60,075 bases of DNA from a virus. Taxonomy: Duplodnaviria; Caudoviricetes. Positions within the stretch are counted from its first letter, which is position 1. Each line of letters opens with the position of its first letter. Under the pieces are notes generated by a model. The model made no database searches. It was not told the DNA's origin and worked only from the letters and a program-made list of their open reading frames with translations. Shown one piece after another: positions 46,771 through 56,144 of the stretch. Made by a program: the position numbers and the translations under genes. The DNA is taken from positions 1-60,075 of the IMG/VR virus record IMGVR_UViG_3300025133_000112; one strand, given 5' to 3'.

Positions 46771-48201
46771 TTAGTCTAAAAATGTATCAAATAATTCATT
46801 TATATCAGATTTAGTTGTATTATCTATTTTCTTTACTGATTGTCTATTTACCATTTTAGCCATCAATGCAGTAGTTTTTGGAGAATTACTAATATACGGC
46901 ACTGGATCATCATCTTTTTTATGATTACATAACATAGCATATTCAAATTTAGTGTTTATAACTAATCTATGATTAATAATACCACCAAATCTATTCTTTA
47001 ATGACTTCCAAAGTATAATATTTTTTGATGAAAGTTCCTCATTTCCATACATTGCAATTATAAGGTCACATGTAGCTGGTAAACCATAAGATTCCGCTGT
47101 ATCTGTCATTGATGGATCACTACTTCCTGCACCTCCTCTATTAAACTGAGTTGCACTTATTCCAGCAAATTCTTTTTCAACCATCAGGCCTCTAAGTTCT
47201 TCGGCTATAGCTTTAATTATAGTATAGGAGTCACCAGATGAATACCGATCACTTCTCATTAAATTTATGTAATCTACTATAACTATTTTTGGCTTAAACC
47301 CTGATTTAAGTTTTAAATCATTAATATGATTTCTGATACTCATTGTTGAAGCACCAGCAGTTGGGAATTCTTGTATAAATAATCTACCATAAGAATCTTT
47401 TTTAGTTTCTAATATTGAATCTCTAAATTCATCAAATTCTAATGAAGGTAAATCATTTATCTCCATATCAAGATAATTAGCATCAAATAATTGTGCTATC
47501 TTTTCTCGTGACATTTCAAGCGTAACATAAAGAACATCATATCCATTTCTAACATATGATGCTCCTAATGATACCATAGACATTGTTTTACCACTATGCG
47601 TGTCTCCCATAAATACTGATAGGGCCTTTGGCTCAATGCCTCCACCACATAATGTATTAAATTCATCAAGATGACAAGGATATTTTCTTTTTTCTGTAGT
47701 CATTGATTCATGACGTTTTTTAATATCTTTTGGATCCCAAAAATCGATACCTAAATCATTTTTGAATGAAACTGATAATGCTTCTCTTACAATAGATTCT
47801 ATTTTTGAATTTGGCTCATTTTTATCTTCATAAATATTAACAGCGCTAAATATAGCATTTTCCATTGCTTTATCTTTGCAATAGTCTTCAGTCTCATCAA
47901 TTAGCCAATCAAAATCATGATCTTCATTATAATTATCTTGAACATCTTGGAGTAAATCTGTTACTTTTTCATATGAATCTTCATTTATATTATCTTTCTT
48001 TTGTAATGCACTTATAATAGCAGTATATGTTGGTTTTCTATTATATTTATTTATAAATGATCTTATTACAGAATATACTAATTTAGTTTCATATGAATCA
48101 AAAAAGTCTTTCTTTAAAAAAGGAAAGACCTTTATGATATAATCATTATCTTCTATAAGTTTTTTGAGTATTATTTTTTCCAATATATGCCCTTTAATCA
48201 A
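46771..48201 (-). CDS. gp41: Replicative DnaB-like helicase
   Basis: Walker A GDTHSGKT, LYVTLEM, QEFPT, VDYINL, IAEELRGL, SATQ.NR, AESYGLPAT.D, KNRFG. Confidence 0.95.
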   Translation of the reverse strand: MIKGHILEKIILKKLIEDNDYIIKVFPFLKKDFFDSYETKLVYSVIRSFINKYNRKPTYTAIISALQKKDNINEDSYEKVTDLLQDVQDNYNEDHDFDWLIDETEDYCKDKAMENAIFSAVNIYEDKNEPNSKIESIVREALSVSFKNDLGIDFWDPKDIKKRHESMTTEKRKYPCHLDEFNTLCGGGIEPKALSVFMGDTHSGKTMSMVSLGASYVRNGYDVLYVTLEMSREKIAQLFDANYLDMEINDLPSLEFDEFRDSILETKKDSYGRLFIQEFPTAGASTMSIRNHINDLKLKSGFKPKIVIVDYINLMRSDRYSSGDSYTIIKAIAEELRGLMVEKEFAGISATQFNRGGAGSSDPSMTDTAESYGLPATCDLIIAMYGNEELSSKNIILWKSLKNRFGGIINHRLVINTKFEYAMLCNHKKDDDPVPYISNSPKTTALMAKMVNRQSVKKIDNTTKSDINELFDTFLD

Positions 48202-49273
48202 ATAATGAATTTAAATCTATTTCTCTTTCGAGTGGAATGAATGTTGAAACACAAACTTTTTTAATATTCTCTAAAACCTTTAAATAAGTTTTAAAATACA
48301 TAGTTTTATAATCTACATATTCTCTAAACTCATCTGGAAATTTATTTACAAATGAAATTACATTTGAATATAAGGGATTTGGTTCTTTAAGATAGACAAA
48401 TTTGATTTTTTCGCCTTCTCTTATTAAATCAAAATTATGTTGGATATTATTTGTTTCAACCCAATTATTATATGCTATTGCTCCTCTAACATGAATAGGA
48501 GTTCCTTTTATATGAAATCCTTTACCGTCACTATATTTTTTAATATTATTTGCTGATCTCGGGAATGCTATCTCTTCGCAGGTATATTTGTAGAATTCTT
48601 GTTTTGTAGTTCTAATATAATCTATAAGTTTATCTTTGTCAAGTAATAGAAGTCTTATAGATTCTTTTAGTTTATTTCTAACTAATTTTGGAGTTGAAGA
48701 TTGAACAATTGGTAATCCTTTAACTTTTAGTTTAGGTTCTGAATATCTAACTCCTTCATCATCCCAAACAGTCATAGCATATTTCTTTTTTGCTGTCCAT
48801 AAACATTTAGAAATTACCTTTTCACGTTTCATTACCATATCATTTTCAGATCCAAGATATTCTGCTAAATCATCATACCCTTTATCTATAATTGGCTGAA
48901 TAATTTTATCTGTAAACTTATCTATTTTATCTAAAAGTTCATTTGTTGTTAAATCAGGAAATTTCTTTTGAATTCCTTTTACTGCAGTTTCAATTGAAAT
49001 ATATGCTGAATCAGTATCACAATATACTACTTCCCATTTCCACTTCTTTTGGAGTGGGTGATTCATTAAATATTCTTCTATCCATCTAATTATTAACTGA
49101 CCTGATAGAGTAATTGCTGAAGCAAGTCTCATATCATAATATCTAAAATATTTATTAGCTAGTGCCCCATATTCACTATTCATTAAAATTTTAAGTGTCA
49201 TCTGCTTATTATTTAATGCAGATATTTCAGACTCTAATCTGTTTTTTTCTTTAAGTAATTCCTCTTTATTCAT
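48194..49273 (-). CDS. gp43: Family B DNA polymerase, C-terminal half only (gp43B)
   Basis: KILMNSEYG (motif B), ITLSGQ, YCDTDS (motif C), KKKYA, SSTP, P.HVRG; no exonuclease domain or motif A. Confidence 0.92.
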   Translation of the reverse strand: MNKEELLKEKNRLESEISALNNKQMTLKILMNSEYGALANKYFRYYDMRLASAITLSGQLIIRWIEEYLMNHPLQKKWKWEVVYCDTDSAYISIETAVKGIQKKFPDLTTNELLDKIDKFTDKIIQPIIDKGYDDLAEYLGSENDMVMKREKVISKCLWTAKKKYAMTVWDDEGVRYSEPKLKVKGLPIVQSSTPKLVRNKLKESIRLLLLDKDKLIDYIRTTKQEFYKYTCEEIAFPRSANNIKKYSDGKGFHIKGTPIHVRGAIAYNNWVETNNIQHNFDLIREGEKIKFVYLKEPNPLYSNVISFVNKFPDEFREYVDYKTMYFKTYLKVLENIKKVCVSTFIPLEREIDLNSLFD

Positions 49274-49322
49274 ATTTATCCTATTTCTAAATTAAATTAC
49301 ATAATAACCTTTTTAACTATTA

Positions 49323-49901
49323 CTATTTCTCCTTATTTAGTAATAGTCTATATATACCAAGAAAATATGCATCTGTCAAATCATATAATGATTCTTTATT
49401 ATAATCACATTCTTGAATATATTTCATAAAATCATTACATATAGGTCCAGGTAATTTAGCAACCATCATTTGTTTTAATGGATCTTTATCAAATAATTCT
49501 TTAGCAACTTTTCTATTTTCTTTACTTGATTGATTATTTCTCCATTCTGTTGGTGCAATAACACCAATTAAATTATTTGGTAAATATTGTCTAAAATGAG
49601 TTCTAATTCCCCAATGCATTCCATCAATTAAGTCTTTCATTGTTGACTTAGAACCCAATGAAAGACCTTCAATTACCATATCAAGTGAATCATAGCGTCC
49701 ATAATCAGAATATTTAGCATATATTTTTTCAAGCTCTTCTTTAATATATAATAGTAAATCTTCTTGATATGTTTCATCAATAATATCTTTAGTTTTAATT
49801 ATACCAAAATCTTCTAATTCATTTGTATATTGATTAAATACACACCAACCAGTTGATCTTAGAGATGCATCTAAAGATATTAAATATTCTGTATTAATCA
49901 T
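49323..49901 (-). CDS. RuvC-like Holliday junction resolvase
   Basis: ISLDASLRSTGW, VIEG, P.EW, DLTDAY. Confidence 0.75.
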   Translation of the reverse strand: MINTEYLISLDASLRSTGWCVFNQYTNELEDFGIIKTKDIIDETYQEDLLLYIKEELEKIYAKYSDYGRYDSLDMVIEGLSLGSKSTMKDLIDGMHWGIRTHFRQYLPNNLIGVIAPTEWRNNQSSKENRKVAKELFDKDPLKQMMVAKLPGPICNDFMKYIQECDYNKESLYDLTDAYFLGIYRLLLNKEK

Positions 49902-49913
49902 TTATTTTCCTTA

Positions 49914-50207
49914 TTAACTTATATTCTTTAAATTATCTTTTATGAAAAAGTTCATACCTTCCATAATACTATCAAATTCATATATGTCTATTTCATTTGA
50001 AATAGCCTGTTTTATAATATCTTTTAATTTGCTAGGATTACAAAAATGATTCATTTGATTGGTTAAACATATTGATTGGTGTTCTTTCATATTAAGCATC
50101 ATAATACACCAAACCTGATTTTCTATTATAAACATATAATATTTATTAAAATCTAAATTTTCTATAGATACTACATTATTATCATTTACTATTACCTTCT
50201 TAATCAT
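49914..50207 (-). CDS. Hypothetical protein
   Basis: ORF with RBS AGGAG. Confidence 0.6.
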   Translation of the reverse strand: MIKKVIVNDNNVVSIENLDFNKYYMFIIENQVWCIMMLNMKEHQSICLTNQMNHFCNPSKLKDIIKQAISNEIDIYEFDSIMEGMNFFIKDNLKNIS

Positions 50208-50217
50208 TTTATTTCTC

Positions 50218-52050
50218 CTATTTTTCTATTAATTTTGAAAATCTTGTTTTTTCTGCAATATATGATTTTTCAAATTTATCTTCTAATTCTTTCCTATGAG
50301 ATATTGTAAATGTTGTATATCCCATTTCCTTTAGTTTATTAAGAATCTCAATTAATCCATCAAGTCCATCTTTATCAAGATTTGCATCAGCAACTTCATC
50401 AAGAATCAAAATATTTGATGAGACATAATTTCTGCTTTTAGCAATATTTAGAAATGCAAATAATATGCTTAGATCAGCTCTAGCCTTTTCTCCAGCAGAT
50501 AATGAATAATATGAACATTTAGTATATCCCTTTATTATTGTTTCTTTTAATTCATCATCAAATTTGATTCTATAATCTGCTTGAAATATCTCAAGAAATA
50601 GATTTATAAACTTATTCAATAAAGGTATATATTTCTTTATTATATATTGTTTTATGCCTTTGTCACTTAATAGTTTAAATGCTAAGTCATAAGCCTTCAT
50701 CGTATTTTGATATTTAGTCAATGATTTCTTTTCCTTTTTAATCCTTTTATTAATATCTTTTCTATCATCATTAACTTCTACCTTTTTAGGATTTTTAAGC
50801 TCTTCTATTTCTTCTTTAATTCTTTTTGCTCTATTCTTATTTGTTTTAATATGACTATCTTTATTATTAATATCTCTATTAGCCATATTAATTTTATTAT
50901 TATTTTGGGTTATACTAGAATCAATGTTCATAACTTTATCTGATAAATTTTGAATTTTATCATAAAGTTTATCTAACTTTTTAGATTTTAAATCTAATTT
51001 TGTTAATTTGTCCTTAATAGAATTTTCTTTATCTTTTAGTTCATCTATACTATTTTTTAGTTTTGTTGATATTTCTTCTGAATATTCTGAATCAATATCT
51101 TGCTGACATGTTGGACAAACATCATTATTATCAAAGAAATCAAATCGTTCTTGTTTACCTTCTAATTTTGTGATAACTCTAACTTTTGAATTAACACCCT
51201 TTTCTTTAAAATCTCTTATTTTTGTTTGCTGTTTGGTATATTTTTCTTGAAGCTCTTCTTTCTCTTCTATTTTTATTTTTCTTTCTTCTGTTAATTCTTC
51301 TATTTCTTTATTTGTATTTTCAATTACAATCTCTAATTCTTTTTGTTCAGTCTTATAATTCTTACAACTATCTTTAAGATCTTGTAGTTCTTTCTTCAAT
51401 TCCTTAATTTTATCAGCATTACTCTCATTAAGGCTCTTTAACATATTAACAATAACTTCAATATTTGACTCAAACTTTTCTATCTTAGTCTCACAATCTT
51501 TAATAGACTCTTTAATTATGCTAACCTTGGCCTTCAGGTTCTTCAGGATGTTACCAAATATCTCTATGTTTAGTAAATCTTCAATAAATAATCTTTTTTC
51601 CGACAGTGTCATCTGGAGAAATGGATTATAATTTGTAGATGATATAAATAATGTATGCCTTAGATTGGCAGTATTTATATTTAGAAACTGAGATAACCAT
51701 TTTTGCTGATCAATTGATTTTGAATCTTCATCTAATGATTTTCCATCAACAATTATATTAAAAATATCTGGTTTAATTCCACGTTCTATAATAACATCTT
51801 TACCATTATGTTCTAATATTAATTTACCATAACAGTCTTTTTTATTTAGTCTATTAATTAATTCTAGTTTCTTTAGTTTTTTTCTATATGGTTTACCAGT
51901 CAAAACAAAATGAAGGACATCTAATAATACAGATTTTCCATGTCCATTTATTCCAGTGATACCGATAGTTTGATTAGTATCAAGAGGTAATTTTGTTAAT
52001 TTATTTCCATATGAAAGAATATTTTTAAATTCTACACTTTTAAATTTCAT
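50218..52050 (-). CDS. gp46: Recombination ATPase (Rad50/SbcC-like)
   Basis: KNILSYGN, GINGHGKS, CPTC hook, LSAGEKAR, LILDEV, ISH. Confidence 0.95.
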   Translation of the reverse strand: MKFKSVEFKNILSYGNKLTKLPLDTNQTIGITGINGHGKSVLLDVLHFVLTGKPYRKKLKKLELINRLNKKDCYGKLILEHNGKDVIIERGIKPDIFNIIVDGKSLDEDSKSIDQQKWLSQFLNINTANLRHTLFISSTNYNPFLQMTLSEKRLFIEDLLNIEIFGNILKNLKAKVSIIKESIKDCETKIEKFESNIEVIVNMLKSLNESNADKIKELKKELQDLKDSCKNYKTEQKELEIVIENTNKEIEELTEERKIKIEEKEELQEKYTKQQTKIRDFKEKGVNSKVRVITKLEGKQERFDFFDNNDVCPTCQQDIDSEYSEEISTKLKNSIDELKDKENSIKDKLTKLDLKSKKLDKLYDKIQNLSDKVMNIDSSITQNNNKINMANRDINNKDSHIKTNKNRAKRIKEEIEELKNPKKVEVNDDRKDINKRIKKEKKSLTKYQNTMKAYDLAFKLLSDKGIKQYIIKKYIPLLNKFINLFLEIFQADYRIKFDDELKETIIKGYTKCSYYSLSAGEKARADLSILFAFLNIAKSRNYVSSNILILDEVADANLDKDGLDGLIEILNKLKEMGYTTFTISHRKELEDKFEKSYIAEKTRFSKLIEK

Positions 52051-52052
52051 TA

Positions 52053-53066
52053 CTATTCCTCTGCTAATATATTATTATACTCACCAATTATCAATTCATA
52101 TGATTCTTTCTTTACACTTTCTTCTTCACCTTCATATGATTCTATACATTCTTTTACAATCTCAACAAATTCTTCATCTTCTTCAATAGTAATTGCTTCA
52201 TCAAGAATAATTGTATTATCAATAATTTCATGCTTTACACTATTCTCAATAATTTCAATAAGTTTAGTCTCATCTATTTTCTTTAATTTTCTATTAATAT
52301 AGATCCTTAAAAACTTATCTTTATATTGATCAAGATTCTCAAACTTATATTCATTATTTATATTAATCTTAACAAAAATTTCATCAACTAATGATTGGGA
52401 TATAAGATCATTTCTATCAATTATGATTATTCTTTTCTTATCACCATAATCATTCCAATCTAATTGACACATAGATCCAATATAGATAATATTTCCAATT
52501 TCTTGGGTTAGATGAAAATGACCAGAAAAGACTCTTTCGAATTTCTTGAAATAATCTGATCTTAAAGAACTACCACAAAGTATACCTTTTGTCATTTGTG
52601 CACCATTAATATCAAAATGACCAAAACAATATTTTGCATTAGAAGTTTTTATAGATTTCATGCATATTTCTGAATTTTCTTTATTCATCCAAGGTACAAA
52701 TAAACATTTATCCTTATCAATAATAATTTCTTTTGGTTCATTATCTATAATAGTAACATTTTCAAATTCTCCAAATAATTCTTTAGGAGCATTTAATTTA
52801 TTAGTATTTTTATAATAAGCATCATGATTACCAACAACTATTATATAATTTAATTCAGGATCTATTATGTGTTTTTTGATAATTTGTAATGTAGTATAAG
52901 TAATATACTTTCTATTATCACAAATATCTCCTGCTAATATAATAGTTTTTATGCCTTGTTTTTTAATAGATTCTATTACTTTTAAATAAGACTGGATCTG
53001 ATATTTAACAAAAATATCGTGATCCTCCTTTTTACCAAAATGTAGATCTCCTATTATAGCATACAT
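52053..53066 (-). CDS. gp47: Recombination nuclease (Mre11/SbcD-like)
   Basis: GDLHFG, GD..DNR, GNHD, VPW, GHF, SGHFH. Confidence 0.95.
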   Translation of the reverse strand: MYAIIGDLHFGKKEDHDIFVKYQIQSYLKVIESIKKQGIKTIILAGDICDNRKYITYTTLQIIKKHIIDPELNYIIVVGNHDAYYKNTNKLNAPKELFGEFENVTIIDNEPKEIIIDKDKCLFVPWMNKENSEICMKSIKTSNAKYCFGHFDINGAQMTKGILCGSSLRSDYFKKFERVFSGHFHLTQEIGNIIYIGSMCQLDWNDYGDKKRIIIIDRNDLISQSLVDEIFVKININNEYKFENLDQYKDKFLRIYINRKLKKIDETKLIEIIENSVKHEIIDNTIILDEAITIEEDEEFVEIVKECIESYEGEEESVKKESYELIIGEYNNILAEE

Positions 53067-53068
53067 AT

Positions 53069-53461
53069 CTATCTACCAAATCTCTCTTTAACTATATCTA
53101 ATACTGCTGGTCCAACTATATACCAATTAACACAATCTTTATTAAACCCTGAGTATATTGTTAGGGGACACCCATAAGCAGCATCATCAACATATAAATT
53201 AGCAAAAATCTTTTTACTGTTATTCCAATTTTTTTGTTCAGGATTATTATTTATACCATACAGAGGTATATTATTATCATTCATATAATTTACTGCATCT
53301 TGAAGTTCTTTTCCATCTCTAATAGTATAGAGAATAATTTTTGCTCCTGCATCAATCCATTTTTTCATATATTTAAAGGCTTCTGGATTGCTTTGTCCAA
53401 GTTTTGGATAAGCAAAATCTACAATTGTGCCATCAAAATCTACTGCTATAACTGTTTCCAT
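53069..53461 (-). CDS. Cap-less HAD-superfamily hydrolase
   Basis: IAVDFDGTIV, IILYT.R, K..A..YVDD. Confidence 0.85.
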   Translation of the reverse strand: METVIAVDFDGTIVDFAYPKLGQSNPEAFKYMKKWIDAGAKIILYTIRDGKELQDAVNYMNDNNIPLYGINNNPEQKNWNNSKKIFANLYVDDAAYGCPLTIYSGFNKDCVNWYIVGPAVLDIVKERFGR

Positions 53462-53462
53462 T

Positions 53463-53801
53463 TTATGTTATCCCCTTTATTATGTTTTTATAAAAATATT
53501 CATATCTATCATACTGCATTTGTAAAACTACCGAATCTGATGCATCATGACTACAATCAATAGAATCACCAAAAAGTATATTACCACAACCAGTAGTTAA
53601 ATCTGTACCACTATAATCACCCATTATAAAATTATTTTTACCTGTCGTTAACAGATATCCAGCATATCTACCACAAATCCAATTATTTGATGGTGTTATT
53701 TTTGCCCATTCATAAAGTTGATTATTTAATTCTAAAAATGACTGATTTTTAGGTACAGGAATTTTCAAATACCAGTTTTTCATTTTTTCAACATAATCCA
53801 T
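53463..53801 (-). CDS. Hypothetical protein with tail-fibre-type NxxxGxxAG repeats
   Basis: NNWICGRYAGYLLTTGKNNFIMGDYSGTDLTTGCGNILFG. Confidence 0.55.
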   Translation of the reverse strand: MDYVEKMKNWYLKIPVPKNQSFLELNNQLYEWAKITPSNNWICGRYAGYLLTTGKNNFIMGDYSGTDLTTGCGNILFGDSIDCSHDASDSVVLQMQYDRYEYFYKNIIKGIT

Positions 53802-53807
53802 ATTTTA

Positions 53808-54032
53808 TTACATTCCCCTTATATATTGTCCTTTTTTATAGGAATCCCAGAATAGTGTTCCTTTTAGCTTAAACTTTGTAATAATATTATTAACATGTCT
53901 TCTCTTTTTATAATCCTCAAATTTCTCATCTGGCATTCGACATAAGGTATTAGCAGTCATTGTTTTTAGCATTTCATCAGTTGTATCTGGTAGAATTTCT
54001 TCTACTTCTTCAAGTTTCATATTTGAATCCAT
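53808..54032 (-). CDS. Hypothetical protein
   Basis: R.PDE.FEDYK.RR...KG.LFWDS pattern. Confidence 0.65.
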   Translation of the reverse strand: MDSNMKLEEVEEILPDTTDEMLKTMTANTLCRMPDEKFEDYKKRRHVNNIITKFKLKGTLFWDSYKKGQYIRGM

Positions 54033-54270
54033 AAATTCCCCCTCTTTCTAAGTTTAAAATTGCATTATCAAAATTATTATTTTTTAATATATCATTTTCC
54101 ATTCTTTTTGTCAATTCTTTATTAGAAACAATTTCAACATTATAATGATTCTTTTGTGCCAGTGAGGCTATTTCTAATGCTCTTGCTGCTGATCCTAATC
54201 CAGGGTCACCAACTACTAATACTTTTGGCTCATCCATTTTCATGTACGGGATAAAAGGATTCAGTTTCAA
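54010..54270 (-). CDS. Hypothetical protein (start may be 54237 or 54243)
   Basis: ORF overlaps both neighbours in a dense early operon. Confidence 0.5.
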   Translation of the reverse strand: MKLNPFIPYMKMDEPKVLVVGDPGLGSAARALEIASLAQKNHYNVEIVSNKELTKRMENDILKNNNFDNAILNLERGGIYGFKYET

Positions 54271-54607
54271 AGACTCGTAAAAATGTCTCTAATTCGACTT
54301 CATCTGATATATCTAAATCAACTTTAGATGCAACATATTCCATTGTTCTATGAATTTTATTTAAGAAACTAGTCCTTTTTAATGGTTGATTATCAATAAA
54401 TCCAATAACATTTGCGCTTCCAACACAAAAATTTGATTCTGCAGAACGAAGATATTTCTTTATTTCTTTAACAGTGATTCCATAATACTCACCTAGAACC
54501 TGAAACAATTTATCAGTCATAATTTCTGTTTCAACTGCTATTTCATATAATATCTCATGTAATACAAATCCTATCTCACTATTTGTAAGTCCTTTAAATT
54601 GTTCCAT
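54230..54607 (-). CDS. Hypothetical protein
   Basis: RBS AAGGAG. Confidence 0.65.
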   Translation of the reverse strand: MEQFKGLTNSEIGFVLHEILYEIAVETEIMTDKLFQVLGEYYGITVKEIKKYLRSAESNFCVGSANVIGFIDNQPLKRTSFLNKIHRTMEYVASKVDLDISDEVELETFLRVFETESFYPVHENG

Positions 54608-54616
54608 TTATTCTCC

Positions 54617-54868
54617 TTAAAATATACTTTCCATATTTGTATGATGAATACTTTTTGTAAAACATTTTGGACATTCATATGCTAATCCAATATTGGTATT
54701 TGGTTTCATGCTATTTCTGAAACCTCCTATAGGGTATTCTCCATATCCTATAACACAACTTTTACCATCATTATCAAAGAACATATCAAAATCACACAAT
54801 GGACATTTGCCTGACATCTCTTGTTCTTCAAATCCTTCTGTATTAATTTTCTCTGTTATTTTTGGCAT
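54617..54868 (-). CDS. Zinc-ribbon protein
   Basis: CPLC...ECPKC; RBS AGGAGG. Confidence 0.7.
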   Translation of the reverse strand: MPKITEKINTEGFEEQEMSGKCPLCDFDMFFDNDGKSCVIGYGEYPIGGFRNSMKPNTNIGLAYECPKCFTKSIHHTNMESIF

Positions 54869-54878
54869 TTATTCCTCC

Positions 54879-55091
54879 TTATATTAATGATATTAACTGT
54901 TTTACAAGACTTAATTGAGTTTCAATACTATAACCGTTTTCAACCCATTGTTCAAACATGATATCAAGATCCTCCATAGTTGTATTCATTTCTTTTAGAA
55001 TATCTTTATTGAAATTTTCCTTATCATTTTCATCCATCCATGATTCATGACAATACGAAAACATTTCATCTAGTTCTTTTTGATATTTCAT
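54879..55091 (-). CDS. Hypothetical protein
   Basis: Likely start MKYQKEL after RBS AAGGAG. Confidence 0.6.
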   Translation of the reverse strand: MKYQKELDEMFSYCHESWMDENDKENFNKDILKEMNTTMEDLDIMFEQWVENGYSIETQLSLVKQLISLI

Positions 55092-55104
55092 TTTATTTCT
55101 CCTT

Positions 55105-55383
55105 TTATTTTGGTAATCTAACTCTAGGGATTTCATCAAGTTCAGTCATTTTCTGAAATCCCCAACAAGGAACAGGAGTTTCATAAGTATCTTTATCTCC
55201 TGTAATTTGGTTGATATAAGTTGACTGAAATTCTGGCTCAGTCTTAAACCATTTTAACCAAGCCTTTCCATATCCATTAAATCCAAAAGATCTTCCAAAC
55301 CAAGTACCAGATTCTGACTGAGCCATCTGAACTCTTCTTCCATATGTATCATTTCCAGTAAAAAATCTAGTAGCCTTTGCCAT
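55105..55383 (-). CDS. Hypothetical early protein
   Basis: Likely start MAKATRFF at 55383 (RBS AGGAG) after the class A promoter. Confidence 0.7.
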   Translation of the reverse strand: MAKATRFFTGNDTYGRRVQMAQSESGTWFGRSFGFNGYGKAWLKWFKTEPEFQSTYINQITGDKDTYETPVPCWGFQKMTELDEIPRVRLPK

Positions 55384-55422
55384 AATTATTTCTCCTGAAT
55401 TTAAGTTTTTATGTATGTTGCC

Positions 55423-55466
55423 AACTTCTAGATCTAATATAACACATCTGTCAGAAAAAGTAAACA
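55423..55466 (-). promoter_or_regulatory. Early promoter class A (second copy)
   Basis: TTTACT-17nt-TATATT-AGATCTAGAAGTT. Confidence 0.75.
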
Positions 55467-55551
55467 AAATATTAATTATTTCCGGGCTTTATTAAGGAGG
55501 GAGAGAGGAGAAATACTAATTATTTTCCCTATTACTATCCAATCAATTTAC

Positions 55552-55595
55552 CCCAACCACAAGACCTATTATAAACTAAAAAAGGTGCTTGTCAA
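55552..55595 (-). promoter_or_regulatory. Early promoter class B (second copy)
   Basis: TTGACA-16nt-TATAAT-AGGTCTTGTGGTTGGG. Confidence 0.75.
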
Positions 55596-55713
55596 AAAGA
55601 ATTCAATTAATTTTCCATTATATACATATTTTAAGTAAATGTATATAATTTTTTGACAATTATAATAAATTAATATAATATTAAAGTAACCTAAACCTAA
55701 AATAAGGATATTT

Positions 55714-56109
55714 ATGCCTAAAGATAATTATATAGATAAGGAATTAATGCAAGATGAAATAGTTAAATTTAAAGAAACAAATATAATTTCAGAAGAATTA
55801 CATATGATGTTTTTTGAAATGTGTAATAGAATAGGAAATAAACCAAATTTTGTAAATTATACATATAAAGATGATTTTATCTATGAAGCATATGATAGAT
55901 GCCTATATGCAGTAGATAAATACAATATTGATAAAAGGAATCCATATGGTTATTTCACAACTGTAATTTATAATAGAATTTTATGGGTTTTACATAAAGA
56001 AAGACAAGAGAAAGAGAAAAAGGATAATTTAAGAGAGATTCTATTTAATAATATAGTAGATAGATATCCTAATATAGATCAACGTCTATTATTTGAAGAC
56101 GAAGAATAA
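55714..56109 (+). CDS. gp55: Late-transcription sigma factor
   Basis: NYID, KPNFVNYTYKDDFI, NPYGYFT..IYN...KE; TTGACA...TATAAT promoter upstream. Confidence 0.9.
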   Translation: MPKDNYIDKELMQDEIVKFKETNIISEELHMMFFEMCNRIGNKPNFVNYTYKDDFIYEAYDRCLYAVDKYNIDKRNPYGYFTTVIYNRILWVLHKERQEKEKKDNLREILFNNIVDRYPNIDQRLLFEDEE

Positions 56110-56144
56110 AAGTAAATAATTAAAATAAAAAGGATTATTTACTT

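Noticed and set aside
48194-49273. Split intein joining the polymerase halves
   Set aside because: The ORF begins with polymerase fingers-like sequence; no intein C-terminal HN-(C/S/T) junction is seen
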